From the IMG/VR virus record IMGVR_UViG_3300022936_000013, positions 1 to 43,199 of that record: a stretch of DNA of 43,199 bases; one strand, written 5' to 3'. This document shows positions 29,552 through 37,847 of the stretch, one piece after another. Position 1 is the first letter of the stretch; each line of letters begins with the position of its first letter. Below the pieces are notes generated by a model. It was not told the origin of the DNA and searched no databases. It was given only the letters and a program-made list of their open reading frames with translations. The translations under genes were made by a program, and so were the position numbers. The DNA is from a virus. Its lineage: Duplodnaviria; Caudoviricetes.

Positions 29552-29700
29552 AACCGTTGGCAGGGGTCGAACCTGCACCAGTGTTAAGAATCATAAATGT
29601 ATATTAAACATCGCTCTTAACTCCTGTTTTTTTAGACAAATAATACTCCAAACCCAAATGAACTTTTCTTTGTCTAGTGTTACCATTTCACCACAACGGC
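29552..29700 (-). ncRNA. 149-nt tRNA-like RNA with expanded anticodon and variable arms
   Basis: Acceptor GCCGTTG/CAACGGT; D arm GTG-AAATGGTAA-CAC; T arm GCAGG-TTCGACC-CCTGC; 8-bp stem with 28-nt loop at the anticodon position; long variable stem-loop. Confidence 0.8.
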
Positions 29701-29713
29701 ATTTTGTTTACTA

Positions 29714-29870
29714 CCCCCATAGCAGGGAGGTTTCCAACCTTGAAACCTCCCGAACCCATACCCTCGTATAGTACTATGGTTTGGGAATATAACCTGTGTC
29801 GGTTAGGTTATATTAACCCACTCTCCTTTTAGTTCCTCAAAACATTACCGAGCAAGCTAGTGAGGAACTG
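29714..29870 (-). ncRNA. Structured non-coding region upstream of the tRNA-like RNA
   Basis: 9-bp stem 29831-29869, 10-bp stem 29786-29814 and a three-way junction 29717-29779. Confidence 0.55.
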
Positions 29871-29882
29871 GAATTATCATTG

Positions 29883-30698
29883 CTACCAGTCTTTTTTGAA
29901 ATTCAATTTGAAAACCCTGTTCTTTGGCGTTGCGTTTGGATTCTGATAATACCATTCGTGTAAACTCATTTTGAATAGATGCCAATATAATTCAAAACCT
30001 CGCTTGCCATCTGCTCCCACTTCATCTGTTGGCATTTCTTCTATCTTCCATCCTCTGCCCTGTAATTTGCCGTCTGTTCTTGACTGTGCGTTTAGATGTA
30101 AAATACCTATTCTGTCTATCTTGAATTGTGGGTTGAAATGTTCCCATAAGACTTTGTATGATGCTACCTGCCTCCAATACGTGGAATACATATTGCCTGT
30201 TTTGATGTCTATTAACCAATTCTCACCATCAATTTTAAATACTCTGTCTAACATTCCACCAAAACGTAATTCTGCACTGCCTACACCCCATTCGTTCGCT
30301 ATTATAAAAGGCTTGTATCTCTCTGAAAACTCTACATACTTGTTGAACATTTCAACTTCCTGCAAACTAAACCTGATTTTACCGTTTTCATCTGCTAAAT
30401 GTATTTCTTCACCGTTATCAAACCTTTCTGTCAGATTGTGAACCGTAGAACCTTTTTCCATTGCAGATGCACTAATATAATCTGCTTCCTGTCCTAAATC
30501 CTGTAACCAATTCTTATATGCTTTTCCCTTCGGTACTACATCTAAAATCGTTGTTGCTGACGGTACATATATACCTTCGTACTGCTTCTCTACACATGGG
30601 TAGAACCTTGTATCCTTGTATTCTAATCTGTTTAACAAGAGGTCTGAAAATATTCCATTCTCACTATAACCCCGCATCATTTCATTTGAAGTAATCAT
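29883..30698 (-). CDS. PD-(D/E)XK (Cas4/RecB-like) exonuclease
   Basis: PSATTIL, GSTVH, GMLDRV, LIDIKTG and QVASY motifs. Confidence 0.85.
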   Translation of the reverse strand: MITSNEMMRGYSENGIFSDLLLNRLEYKDTRFYPCVEKQYEGIYVPSATTILDVVPKGKAYKNWLQDLGQEADYISASAMEKGSTVHNLTERFDNGEEIHLADENGKIRFSLQEVEMFNKYVEFSERYKPFIIANEWGVGSAELRFGGMLDRVFKIDGENWLIDIKTGNMYSTYWRQVASYKVLWEHFNPQFKIDRIGILHLNAQSRTDGKLQGRGWKIEEMPTDEVGADGKRGFELYWHLFKMSLHEWYYQNPNATPKNRVFKLNFKKDW

Positions 30699-30711
30699 TT
30701 ATTCCCCTGTG

Positions 30712-30772
30712 TTTGATAAGACAAATTTAATGATGATATAATTCTAAAACAAGTACTTTGAGAATTTATTTT
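30712..30772 (-). promoter_or_regulatory. Consensus early promoter
   Basis: ACTTG-N20-TAAATTTG-TCTTATCAA. Confidence 0.85.
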
Positions 30773-30781
30773 AAACTTTTT

Positions 30782-31828
30782 TTACAGATCGTCGTACTTA
30801 TTAATCAAGGTTTTGATTTTTATTTTTTCTATTGTTTCGTCATACAATATACTTGTAAATTTCGACTTATCTATTAATGCTTCTATTGCATCTGTAAGGA
30901 TTTGATTTAGAACCTGCGGTTTCAATGCGTCCACCTCCCAACTATATTCCCCGTACTGCTCAATATATCCCTTTGCTCGTGGATCGTCAATCTTGGCAGG
31001 ATTCGGAGGCGGTGTATACTGCTGTATCTGATCCCATGACAACGCAATTGCATCTATCTTAAAATGATGTTTTACAAATGCGTTTTTCCATAAAAAATAT
31101 TTATGGTCGTCTCCATCCGTCATATCATAACAATCTTCATCGTGATAATACAAACCTTCTAATTCATCCTGCAACTCGCTACTTAATGCTAATTCTTCCT
31201 CACCGTAGACATGATTATATAATTCTTCATCTTCTAACAAAAACTCTTTTAATCTGCTGTCAATATCCCTAATCATATCCTTTCCACTTGGATCGTGATC
31301 GCCTAAATACAGAATGTAACACCTGTTACCCATTAACATTTGTTCTACAATTCTTTTGTAAGAATCGTACATTGCAGAAACGGAACTGTAACCACGATTA
31401 ACTAAAATATTGATTCTGTACTTATTTGTTACTCTTTCCAATACTCCTGACAATGCATCTTTCTCTACCCATACTTCAATATAAACGTTTTGCGTAGCCA
31501 TTGGGTTTCTTCTATACTGATCGTGTGCTGCATTTAATATTTCTTTTGGATCAGTAAACAAAGGAAGTCGTTTTGGCACTCTTACTCTATCTTCTATTGC
31601 ATCCCAATCTACTTCGCCACCCATTCTGCCCTCTGTTAATATCTTTGACAACTTCCCGTATTCAGAAGGTGAATTAGGTACATAATCCCGTGATACTAAC
31701 TGATAATATAATTGACGTAATGTTAACTTATATCCTTGTGCCTGATATTCTTCTATAATAGAATTAATACGCCACAATTTTTTTAGATTGTCTTTTGATA
31801 ATCGGATTTGTCTAAATCTCTGTTTCAT
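30782..31828 (-). CDS. Topoisomerase VI subunit A/Spo11-like (winged helix + Toprim) protein
   Basis: LTLRQLYY, EVWVEKDAL, RGYSS, YLGDHDPSG and WEVDAL motifs. Confidence 0.8.
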   Translation of the reverse strand: MKQRFRQIRLSKDNLKKLWRINSIIEEYQAQGYKLTLRQLYYQLVSRDYVPNSPSEYGKLSKILTEGRMGGEVDWDAIEDRVRVPKRLPLFTDPKEILNAAHDQYRRNPMATQNVYIEVWVEKDALSGVLERVTNKYRINILVNRGYSSVSAMYDSYKRIVEQMLMGNRCYILYLGDHDPSGKDMIRDIDSRLKEFLLEDEELYNHVYGEEELALSSELQDELEGLYYHDEDCYDMTDGDDHKYFLWKNAFVKHHFKIDAIALSWDQIQQYTPPPNPAKIDDPRAKGYIEQYGEYSWEVDALKPQVLNQILTDAIEALIDKSKFTSILYDETIEKIKIKTLINKYDDL

Positions 31829-31832
31829 CTTT

Positions 31833-32021
31833 TTAGATTCTATATCTGTTTATAATTTCCTCTAATTCTTTGAAAAAATCTTCTCTTTCTTCTCCACAGA
31901 TATAACATAAATTTTGCCCTCCTATATTAACCTCTGTATCTAAGTCCTGCCCGTCGGAAACTTCTATTCTTAAATCAACTTCCAAGTTCCCCAACTTCAT
32001 TGTTATTGCTTTTTTGTCCAT
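31833..32021 (-). CDS. Hypothetical protein
   Basis: 62-aa ORF. Confidence 0.6.
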   Translation of the reverse strand: MDKKAITMKLGNLEVDLRIEVSDGQDLDTEVNIGGQNLCYICGEEREDFFKELEEIINRYRI

Positions 32022-32325
32022 CTTTTTTAGATTTTACCTTTGTATATTCATTATAATTCCCCCTGTTACTTAATAACCAATATTCGCCCCAATTCTGCCA
32101 TTCCCATATACTGCCATCTTCGCACAATGCTATTCTTCTACGCTTAATTGTACTGATTTGTTTGATGTTTGTGAGATTATCTTTTCTTATTATCAACTCT
32201 GGTTCTTCTGGCTCCTGCTCCTCTTTTGTAAACCTTTTATAAAAATCCCACGCCCATAAAACCATGATAATAAAAAATATAAATTTCCAATCTATACCCC
32301 AAAGTGTTAAAAAATCTGATTCCAT
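31975..32325 (-). CDS. Membrane-anchored hypothetical protein
   Basis: N-terminal TM segment; ALCEDGSIW motif. Confidence 0.65.
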   Translation of the reverse strand: MESDFLTLWGIDWKFIFFIIMVLWAWDFYKRFTKEEQEPEEPELIIRKDNLTNIKQISTIKRRRIALCEDGSIWEWQNWGEYWLLSNRGNYNEYTKVKSKKDGQKSNNNEVGELGS

Positions 32326-33044
32326 TATAAATATTTTTTATTTAATTTATAAATACCTATTGTAAAATTATATTCTTCTCTCAATGCCTGCCTTTCTCTC
32401 GCTGTAAAATTCTTGCTGTTTGCTTTTCTCAATGCATTTACTATTTCTCTTGCTCGCTCTGTCGCTTCCTTTAGTTCTGGAATTGATAATCTTAATACTG
32501 GATATTGTAACGGTAATTCTTCCTCTATGTACGCCTTGTATCCTTGTCCGTATATCTCTTTCAATCCTCTGCCATACTCTGCAATATTACCCGAATAATG
32601 AACGTTGCATTCATAATCCTGCAAATGTATGTTGTGTAGATTGAATCTTAGATTTGGCTTTGCTCCACAACTATGAAAATGCCCGCCTGATTCCTTCCTG
32701 TACTTACCACACGAGATACAACCCCAACCTTTGTCTATTAACCTTGCTATCTCGTTTACTATTGCCTGTAACTTTCTTTCGTAATCTGACTTTGTTAACA
32801 GTTTTTCTAATTTCTGTTTTTTCTCTTTCTTCTCCTGCAATACCTGTTTATTGACTTCTTTTTTATTTTCTAATTTTATTTTCTCTATTGCCTTCGCCTG
32901 CTTTGCTTTGCCATCTGCTGTACCTAACCAAAGATATGCACAACTTGCCGAACAAAAAGGAATCGTACTATTGCTAGGCATGAATTTCTTTTTGCACATC
33001 TTGCAAATTTTCTTTGTTGGCTTTATTGCTGTTCTGGTCAACAT
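32325..33044 (-). CDS. ninG: NinG/Rap-family recombination endonuclease
   Basis: N-terminal CxxC...CSxxC; CISCG, GHF, LRFNLHNIHLQ and CNVHYSGN motifs. Confidence 0.85.
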   Translation of the reverse strand: MLTRTAIKPTKKICKMCKKKFMPSNSTIPFCSASCAYLWLGTADGKAKQAKAIEKIKLENKKEVNKQVLQEKKEKKQKLEKLLTKSDYERKLQAIVNEIARLIDKGWGCISCGKYRKESGGHFHSCGAKPNLRFNLHNIHLQDYECNVHYSGNIAEYGRGLKEIYGQGYKAYIEEELPLQYPVLRLSIPELKEATERAREIVNALRKANSKNFTARERQALREEYNFTIGIYKLNKKYL

Positions 33045-33448
33045 TAATTACTGAATTTTGATTGCAAACTATTAATTGCGTTCCTGTGAAATACTGATTT
33101 GGATTCTAATAATACTTGTGCTAATGATTCCTCTTTGTAGATCGCTGTTTTGATAATGTTCCTGTCTTGATCTGTGTAGAAACAATGCCAACCGTTAGAA
33201 TCTTTGCTGAATGATATTTCTACGCTTCCATCTGTTCCCCAATCAAAAGCATCATATAACTGTGATAATGTAGGGCATGGATAACTTTTTCTGTTAATAC
33301 TCCATCTGCCTGATCTGATCGCCTCCGTCTCTGTTAATGGCTTGCTGTACTCTGTCAAACTCTTAACTCTTAGATAGAAATTCAATACCGTTGGCTCTTT
33401 CCAACCTATTAGATCATTTAGCTTTTTTGCTGTGTGAAAACTTATCAT
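33044..33448 (-). CDS. Hypothetical protein
   Basis: 134 aa; SFHTAKKL...PTLSQL pattern. Confidence 0.7.
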   Translation of the reverse strand: MISFHTAKKLNDLIGWKEPTVLNFYLRVKSLTEYSKPLTETEAIRSGRWSINRKSYPCPTLSQLYDAFDWGTDGSVEISFSKDSNGWHCFYTDQDRNIIKTAIYKEESLAQVLLESKSVFHRNAINSLQSKFSN

Positions 33449-33720
33449 AATTTCTTTGCTGTTGCTAATCGTTTTTTCTGATCTTTCAATCCTTTTGTAT
33501 GAAAATCAACCCAATATTTGATTCTTTCGTAAAGATATTTCTTTGCTTCACTGCGTTTTAAGAAATAATAAACCAGTTTTGATCCCCTTGTGCCTTTTAT
33601 CTGGAAATACTTTTCTTTGCCTCTTACTACTACCCAAACTTTATTTGCTTTTGCATCGAATTTAGTCGCTTCTATTTCTTTTACCTTGTCTGGGTGTTCC
33701 TCTAATTTGTATACTTTCAT
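33445..33720 (-). CDS. Hypothetical basic protein
   Basis: 91-aa ORF with ATGA coupling. Confidence 0.65.
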   Translation of the reverse strand: MKVYKLEEHPDKVKEIEATKFDAKANKVWVVVRGKEKYFQIKGTRGSKLVYYFLKRSEAKKYLYERIKYWVDFHTKGLKDQKKRLATAKKL

Positions 33721-34226
33721 ATTGAAATGATTTTATTTGTTTTCTTGCAAGCTGTTAAACCATGTAAAGGACAAACTAATGTATTTTCTTTTATCAACAT
33801 ATTTTCCCCACGATGTGGACAACGATTGTTTTTTACTTCTTTTCCTACTTGTTTTTTATACCAGTTCCAATATTTCTTTGCATACTTTGGAGGTTTAACG
33901 CCTGTATCTAATCCTTTACATTTTAATTTTCTGATTACTAACTTTTGGAAGTTATATCCATCTTCTGCTTTATAACTCGGTGTTACTACTGCGTTTGTTT
34001 TACCTTCTTTAACACTCATTAACCAAGTTGAATAGTAATCTACAAACCGTCCATCTACATGATAATGTTCTTCCGTTATCTTTCCTATCTCTGGGTCTGC
34101 ATGAAGATTGTTTATTATTGGAACATGAATAACGTGTCCTGCCGTGCCTACCATCTTAGCACACCATAAATAATAGTACTGTCCTACTACTGGCTCGAAT
34201 GAATTATCAAATACTGCCTCTTTCAT
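33717..34226 (-). CDS. Protein with C-terminal minimal Rieske [2Fe-2S] motif
   Basis: CPHRG...CPLHG; N-terminal HAD...HYHVD; ATGA-coupled start at 34226. Confidence 0.75.
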   Translation of the reverse strand: MKEAVFDNSFEPVVGQYYYLWCAKMVGTAGHVIHVPIINNLHADPEIGKITEEHYHVDGRFVDYYSTWLMSVKEGKTNAVVTPSYKAEDGYNFQKLVIRKLKCKGLDTGVKPPKYAKKYWNWYKKQVGKEVKNNRCPHRGENMLIKENTLVCPLHGLTACKKTNKIISI

Positions 34227-34612
34227 TTCATGCAACATTTTTTGTATTTCTTTCCACTACCACAATAACAATCACTATTCCTTATATCTCCCCTTTTTGA
34301 CTTTTCAAAATCTTCTTTCGTTGGTGTGTACATTTCACCTGCATAACTCTGGATTTTATCTACCATTGCATTGTGCATTGTTTTACCTAATGCTTGCCTG
34401 CCTAATAGAAACATATTCTTTCCTTTTACATCGAACCTGCGTAAACTCTCTCGCTTGTGTTGTCCTACTACTTCGCCTGTTGTATAATCTCTAATAGGAA
34501 TTGTTTCGTATTCTGTCTGATCCAAAAATCCTTTATCTATTGCCTGCTGTAGTTTTGATTCAGATAATAGATCGTCTAATAATTTATCCGTTGGTTCTGG
34601 TCCCTCTATCAT
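34223..34612 (-). CDS. SEC-C motif protein
   Basis: C-terminal RNSDCYCGSGKKYKKCC; ATGA-coupled start MIEGPE. Confidence 0.8.
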   Translation of the reverse strand: MIEGPEPTDKLLDDLLSESKLQQAIDKGFLDQTEYETIPIRDYTTGEVVGQHKRESLRRFDVKGKNMFLLGRQALGKTMHNAMVDKIQSYAGEMYTPTKEDFEKSKRGDIRNSDCYCGSGKKYKKCCMK

Positions 34613-35043
34613 AAACTTGGCTTTATCAATATTTGTCTGATTTTTCTTAATATCATTCCGCCTTCCAATACCCAATTCTTGTTTTTCCCTTCCTTCATCA
34701 TTTTTATTTCTGACTGTGTAGGATCGTAAAATTCGTATTCTGGCTTTAATCCCTCTGGTACAAAATAACAACAACTTTTCAAGGGCTTACCAGTCAACGG
34801 GTGTGCCACCATCAACGGGGCTTTGCCTCTGCCCAACTCCTTTGTAACAATGAAATTAGCTTCAATATCTTTATCAAAATAAACATTGATTCTTTGTTGA
34901 TCTGCGTTTAACTGCTTCAATTTACGTATTACTTTCATCCTTGCTTCATCGTCGTTTAATACGATTCCTTTTGATACTCTGTAACCGTCTTGAATACCTT
35001 TTATTAGTTTTTCCCACTGGTCGGGAGTGAAATTGTAATTCAT
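34609..35043 (-). CDS. Hypothetical protein
   Basis: 144-aa ORF after dnaB. Confidence 0.7.
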   Translation of the reverse strand: MNYNFTPDQWEKLIKGIQDGYRVSKGIVLNDDEARMKVIRKLKQLNADQQRINVYFDKDIEANFIVTKELGRGKAPLMVAHPLTGKPLKSCCYFVPEGLKPEYEFYDPTQSEIKMMKEGKNKNWVLEGGMILRKIRQILIKPSL

Positions 35044-35044
35044 A

Positions 35045-36478
35045 TTAAAAAGCGTTTGTATTTTCTGGAATTAAAAATGCCGAATCATTTTTGTTTGGAT
35101 TCTCAATTGTCATTACTCGTGGATAATAACCTAATTCTATATCTGCTGTTCTGCCGTCTCTGTTCTTTGCTATAATTACTGTCATTTTGCCTCTTGTACT
35201 GTTCCCTGCTTCATCCTGCATTATCTTGTAATACTCTGCTCTATAACAAAAATGAATATTATCTGCATCCTGTTCTATTGCTCCTGATTCTCTCAAATCT
35301 GACAACTGTGGTCTTTTATCTCCTCCCCTTGTTTCTACTGCTCTGGATAATTGGGATACTGCAATAACTGGAATTTCATATTCATTCGCTACTCCTTTTA
35401 ACCCTCTTGATATTTCGCTTATTTCCTGCTCTCTCTGCCTTCCTTTGGTTGCAGGTGTCATTAACTGTAAGTAGTCTACAAATACTGCATCTAAACCAAT
35501 TTTTGACATCTTACACGCTCTGCAATCTGATCTTATTTGATTAATATCAATATTGTTTGCTACTACCTTGATTAAATGTGCGTGTGCATTCAATAAACCT
35601 ATTGCTTTGTGATACTCCTTGTATTCTTCTGCTGTCATATCACCAGATGCAATACGCTCGTGATCTATCTGGCTTGCTATGCTTAATAATCTGATCGTAA
35701 TTTGAAACGCTGACATTTCAATGCTATACAAGATAATAGACTTTTTTTCTATGAATACCATGTAGAATAATTCATTTAGAATTAACATGGTTTTACCCAT
35801 TCCTGGGCGGGCAGCTACTACATAAAGCCTTTGTTTTTGATAACCTTTGATAACATTATTTAAACCTTCGTACTTTGATTTGATCCCTATTATTTTGCTT
35901 CCCGAAAGAGTAATTACATCTATTATCCTTGCTGTCTCTGCTATAATAGAATTAAAATCTTTGATCCTTGATTTTGTGAGTTGTCCCCCTATTGTTAATG
36001 TCGCTTTCTGTGCCTGTTCTACTAGATCGAATGCATCACTACTGTCATCGAAAGAATCACGCATTAACTTTCCGCACTCATTGATTAATTCTCTTTTGAT
36101 ATACATCTGCTTGATTATCAATGCATGATGTTCAATGTTTGCAGATGAATTAACCTTTCCTGTTAAATTTGTTATAAATACTGCTCCGCCTGTAAATTCT
36201 AATTCTCCTGTGCTTCTTAATTTGCTGATAATCGTGATAAAATCTATCGGTTCATGCTCTCTATAAAGACTGAAAATTGCATTATAAATAACTCTGTGTG
36301 ATTCCTTATAAAAACTATCTACTACTAAAATATCTACTACTAATCCTATTGCGTTTTTATCTATCATTAACGCTCCTAAAACTGCCTCCTCTGCATCTAT
36401 TGCCTGCGGTGGCAATTTCCCCGTGTCTGATCCTCTATCTATCTGTAAATTAGGTTTGTACAACTTCTGATCTTTCAT
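35045..36478 (-). CDS. dnaB: Replicative DNA helicase
   Basis: PPQAIDAEEAVLGALM, AARPGMGKT, VDYLQLM, SQLSR, LSDLRESGAIEQDAD and IAKNRDG motifs. Confidence 0.97.
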   Translation of the reverse strand: MKDQKLYKPNLQIDRGSDTGKLPPQAIDAEEAVLGALMIDKNAIGLVVDILVVDSFYKESHRVIYNAIFSLYREHEPIDFITIISKLRSTGELEFTGGAVFITNLTGKVNSSANIEHHALIIKQMYIKRELINECGKLMRDSFDDSSDAFDLVEQAQKATLTIGGQLTKSRIKDFNSIIAETARIIDVITLSGSKIIGIKSKYEGLNNVIKGYQKQRLYVVAARPGMGKTMLILNELFYMVFIEKKSIILYSIEMSAFQITIRLLSIASQIDHERIASGDMTAEEYKEYHKAIGLLNAHAHLIKVVANNIDINQIRSDCRACKMSKIGLDAVFVDYLQLMTPATKGRQREQEISEISRGLKGVANEYEIPVIAVSQLSRAVETRGGDKRPQLSDLRESGAIEQDADNIHFCYRAEYYKIMQDEAGNSTRGKMTVIIAKNRDGRTADIELGYYPRVMTIENPNKNDSAFLIPENTNAF

Positions 36479-36815
36479 CTATAAACTGTTCAAAAAAGTC
36501 TACTAAAATAGCCCTGTGCGTTTCGTTTGGCATTATCTTGCCACTCTCCCAATCTGAAATGTTAACAAACCAGAGATTTGTTCCGTATTCACTGTTTAGC
36601 TTTGCTGCTAACTCTGTCTGTGTCAATCCCGTTCTGGCTCGCAGTTCGTACAATGAGAATTTATCAATCAAGATACTAGATGCCCTTATCAAATACCTGT
36701 CTGGTATCTGCTTTCTACTGTATTTCCATTTATCTAAAGTAGCCTTCTTAATATCTGGAAACCTTTCTAATACTTTTTTTAACCTTGCCTCTGTCCATTT
36801 CATAATTTCATACAC
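36450..36815 (-). CDS. XRE/Cro-type HTH regulator
   Basis: LRARTGLTQTELAAKL...ISDWESG. Confidence 0.8.
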   Translation of the reverse strand: MYEIMKWTEARLKKVLERFPDIKKATLDKWKYSRKQIPDRYLIRASSILIDKFSLYELRARTGLTQTELAAKLNSEYGTNLWFVNISDWESGKIMPNETHRAILVDFFEQFIDERSEVVQT

Positions 36816-37065
36816 TCATTCGTCGCCATTTTTCGTAAGCCTCTGGCGACATTTTATTATATACCTGTGCTAATGTCTGATTAATATTTCTTTCTGGCAT
36901 ATATGCTATGCTTAATGCCATTATATCGCTACTTACTTTGTCCCATGTCTTTTTTAGTGCTGACTGGAATTTCATTCCTCCCTGCTTAACTAAATACCAA
37001 ACACGCTTCATTATTTCACTTCTGTTTGGTTTGCCGTTTTGGATAATATTAAATACTGGTGTCAT
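36808..37065 (-). CDS. Small early phage protein (IMKRxW...ALKxxW type)
   Basis: First gene after a consensus promoter. Confidence 0.7.
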   Translation of the reverse strand: MTPVFNIIQNGKPNRSEIMKRVWYLVKQGGMKFQSALKKTWDKVSSDIMALSIAYMPERNINQTLAQVYNKMSPEAYEKWRRMSV

Positions 37066-37076
37066 GTCTTTGTTTA

Positions 37077-37147
37077 TTAATGATTGATTGATAAGACAAA
37101 TTTAATCTATACAGACTTACTAAACAAGTGTTTTTATGAATATTTTT
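37077..37147 (-). promoter_or_regulatory. Consensus early promoter with conserved leader
   Basis: ACTTG-N20-TAAATTTG-TCTTATCAATCAATCA. Confidence 0.85.
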
Positions 37148-37149
37148 AA

Positions 37150-37182
37150 ATAAAGAGTGCTAATTAATATAACTAGCACTCT
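37150..37182 (-). terminator. Intrinsic terminator
   Basis: AGAGTGCTA-N11-TAGCACTCT followed by TTATTT. Confidence 0.65.
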
Positions 37183-37218
37183 AAGCACTATCAATCATTG
37201 AATTAAACAAAAAAATCT

Positions 37219-37602
37219 TTATGCCTCGTATATTTCCCAAATGTCAGGAATGTAAATATGAAAACTTTCTGCTGCCCACGCTTTGATATATTCTACATAT
37301 ATCTCGAATTGATCCTGTGGTAATGTCTTACTGCTTTTTGCAAAGATTATCTCTTTGTTCTTTCTACCGTCCCGTTGATAATTATTATTGAACATTCTAC
37401 CCATTTCCTCGTGTACTTCTTTCCTGTTATACCCTGTATGTTGTTCAATGCATTTCAATACTACTCCCCAATAATAACGGTTCCAGTTGTCTTTTCTCGT
37501 TTTTTTCTCTATCGTTACTACATGAATCCCGTTTAGATTCTTTAGATAATCCCAAAGCTTGATTTTATCTGCTTTGTTGTTGAAGTTAATTGCTACCTCC
37601 AT
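37219..37602 (-). CDS. ninB: NinB/Orf-like recombination protein
   Basis: NRYYWG...EVHEEM...SSKTL...F..YVEYIKAWAAE. Confidence 0.7.
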   Translation of the reverse strand: MEVAINFNNKADKIKLWDYLKNLNGIHVVTIEKKTRKDNWNRYYWGVVLKCIEQHTGYNRKEVHEEMGRMFNNNYQRDGRKNKEIIFAKSSKTLPQDQFEIYVEYIKAWAAESFHIYIPDIWEIYEA

Positions 37603-37847
37603 ATTGCCAATGATAAGAAATTATACAAACTATAATGCGATCCTGTTTTTGCCCAATGCTCTGTTATTTTATAAACCTTGTCAATGTCGAAATTATATAA
37701 CTTAAGAATATCAATAGAATCCTGAATGTTCAACACTGTTTTTTTGCTTAATTCAATACATTTGTTTAAGCCTTCTTTTCCGTATTTATCTTCAACCTTT
37801 TTGAAAATAATTTCTAATTCTTCTTGTTGATTATTCATCTTTGACAA
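37593..37847 (-). CDS. Hypothetical protein
   Basis: 84-aa ORF. Confidence 0.65.
   Translation of the reverse strand: MSKMNNQQEELEIIFKKVEDKYGKEGLNKCIELSKKTVLNIQDSIDILKLYNFDIDKVYKITEHWAKTGSHYSLYNFLSLAIWR

Noticed and set aside
29552-29700. Interpretation as tmRNA, intron-containing tRNA or ordinary tRNA-Leu/Ser
   Set aside because: No G3:U70 alanine identity, a D stem is present, the insert is far too short for a group I intron, and there is no 7-nt anticodon loop with U33.
29717-29779. Three-way junction as a hammerhead ribozyme
   Set aside because: No CUGANGA core on either strand.
29883-30698. Cas4-like nuclease as evidence of a CRISPR-Cas system
   Set aside because: No other cas genes or array; such exonucleases are common phage recombination genes.
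30782-31828. Wadjet defence system (JetD)
   Set aside because: No JetABC/SMC genes nearby.
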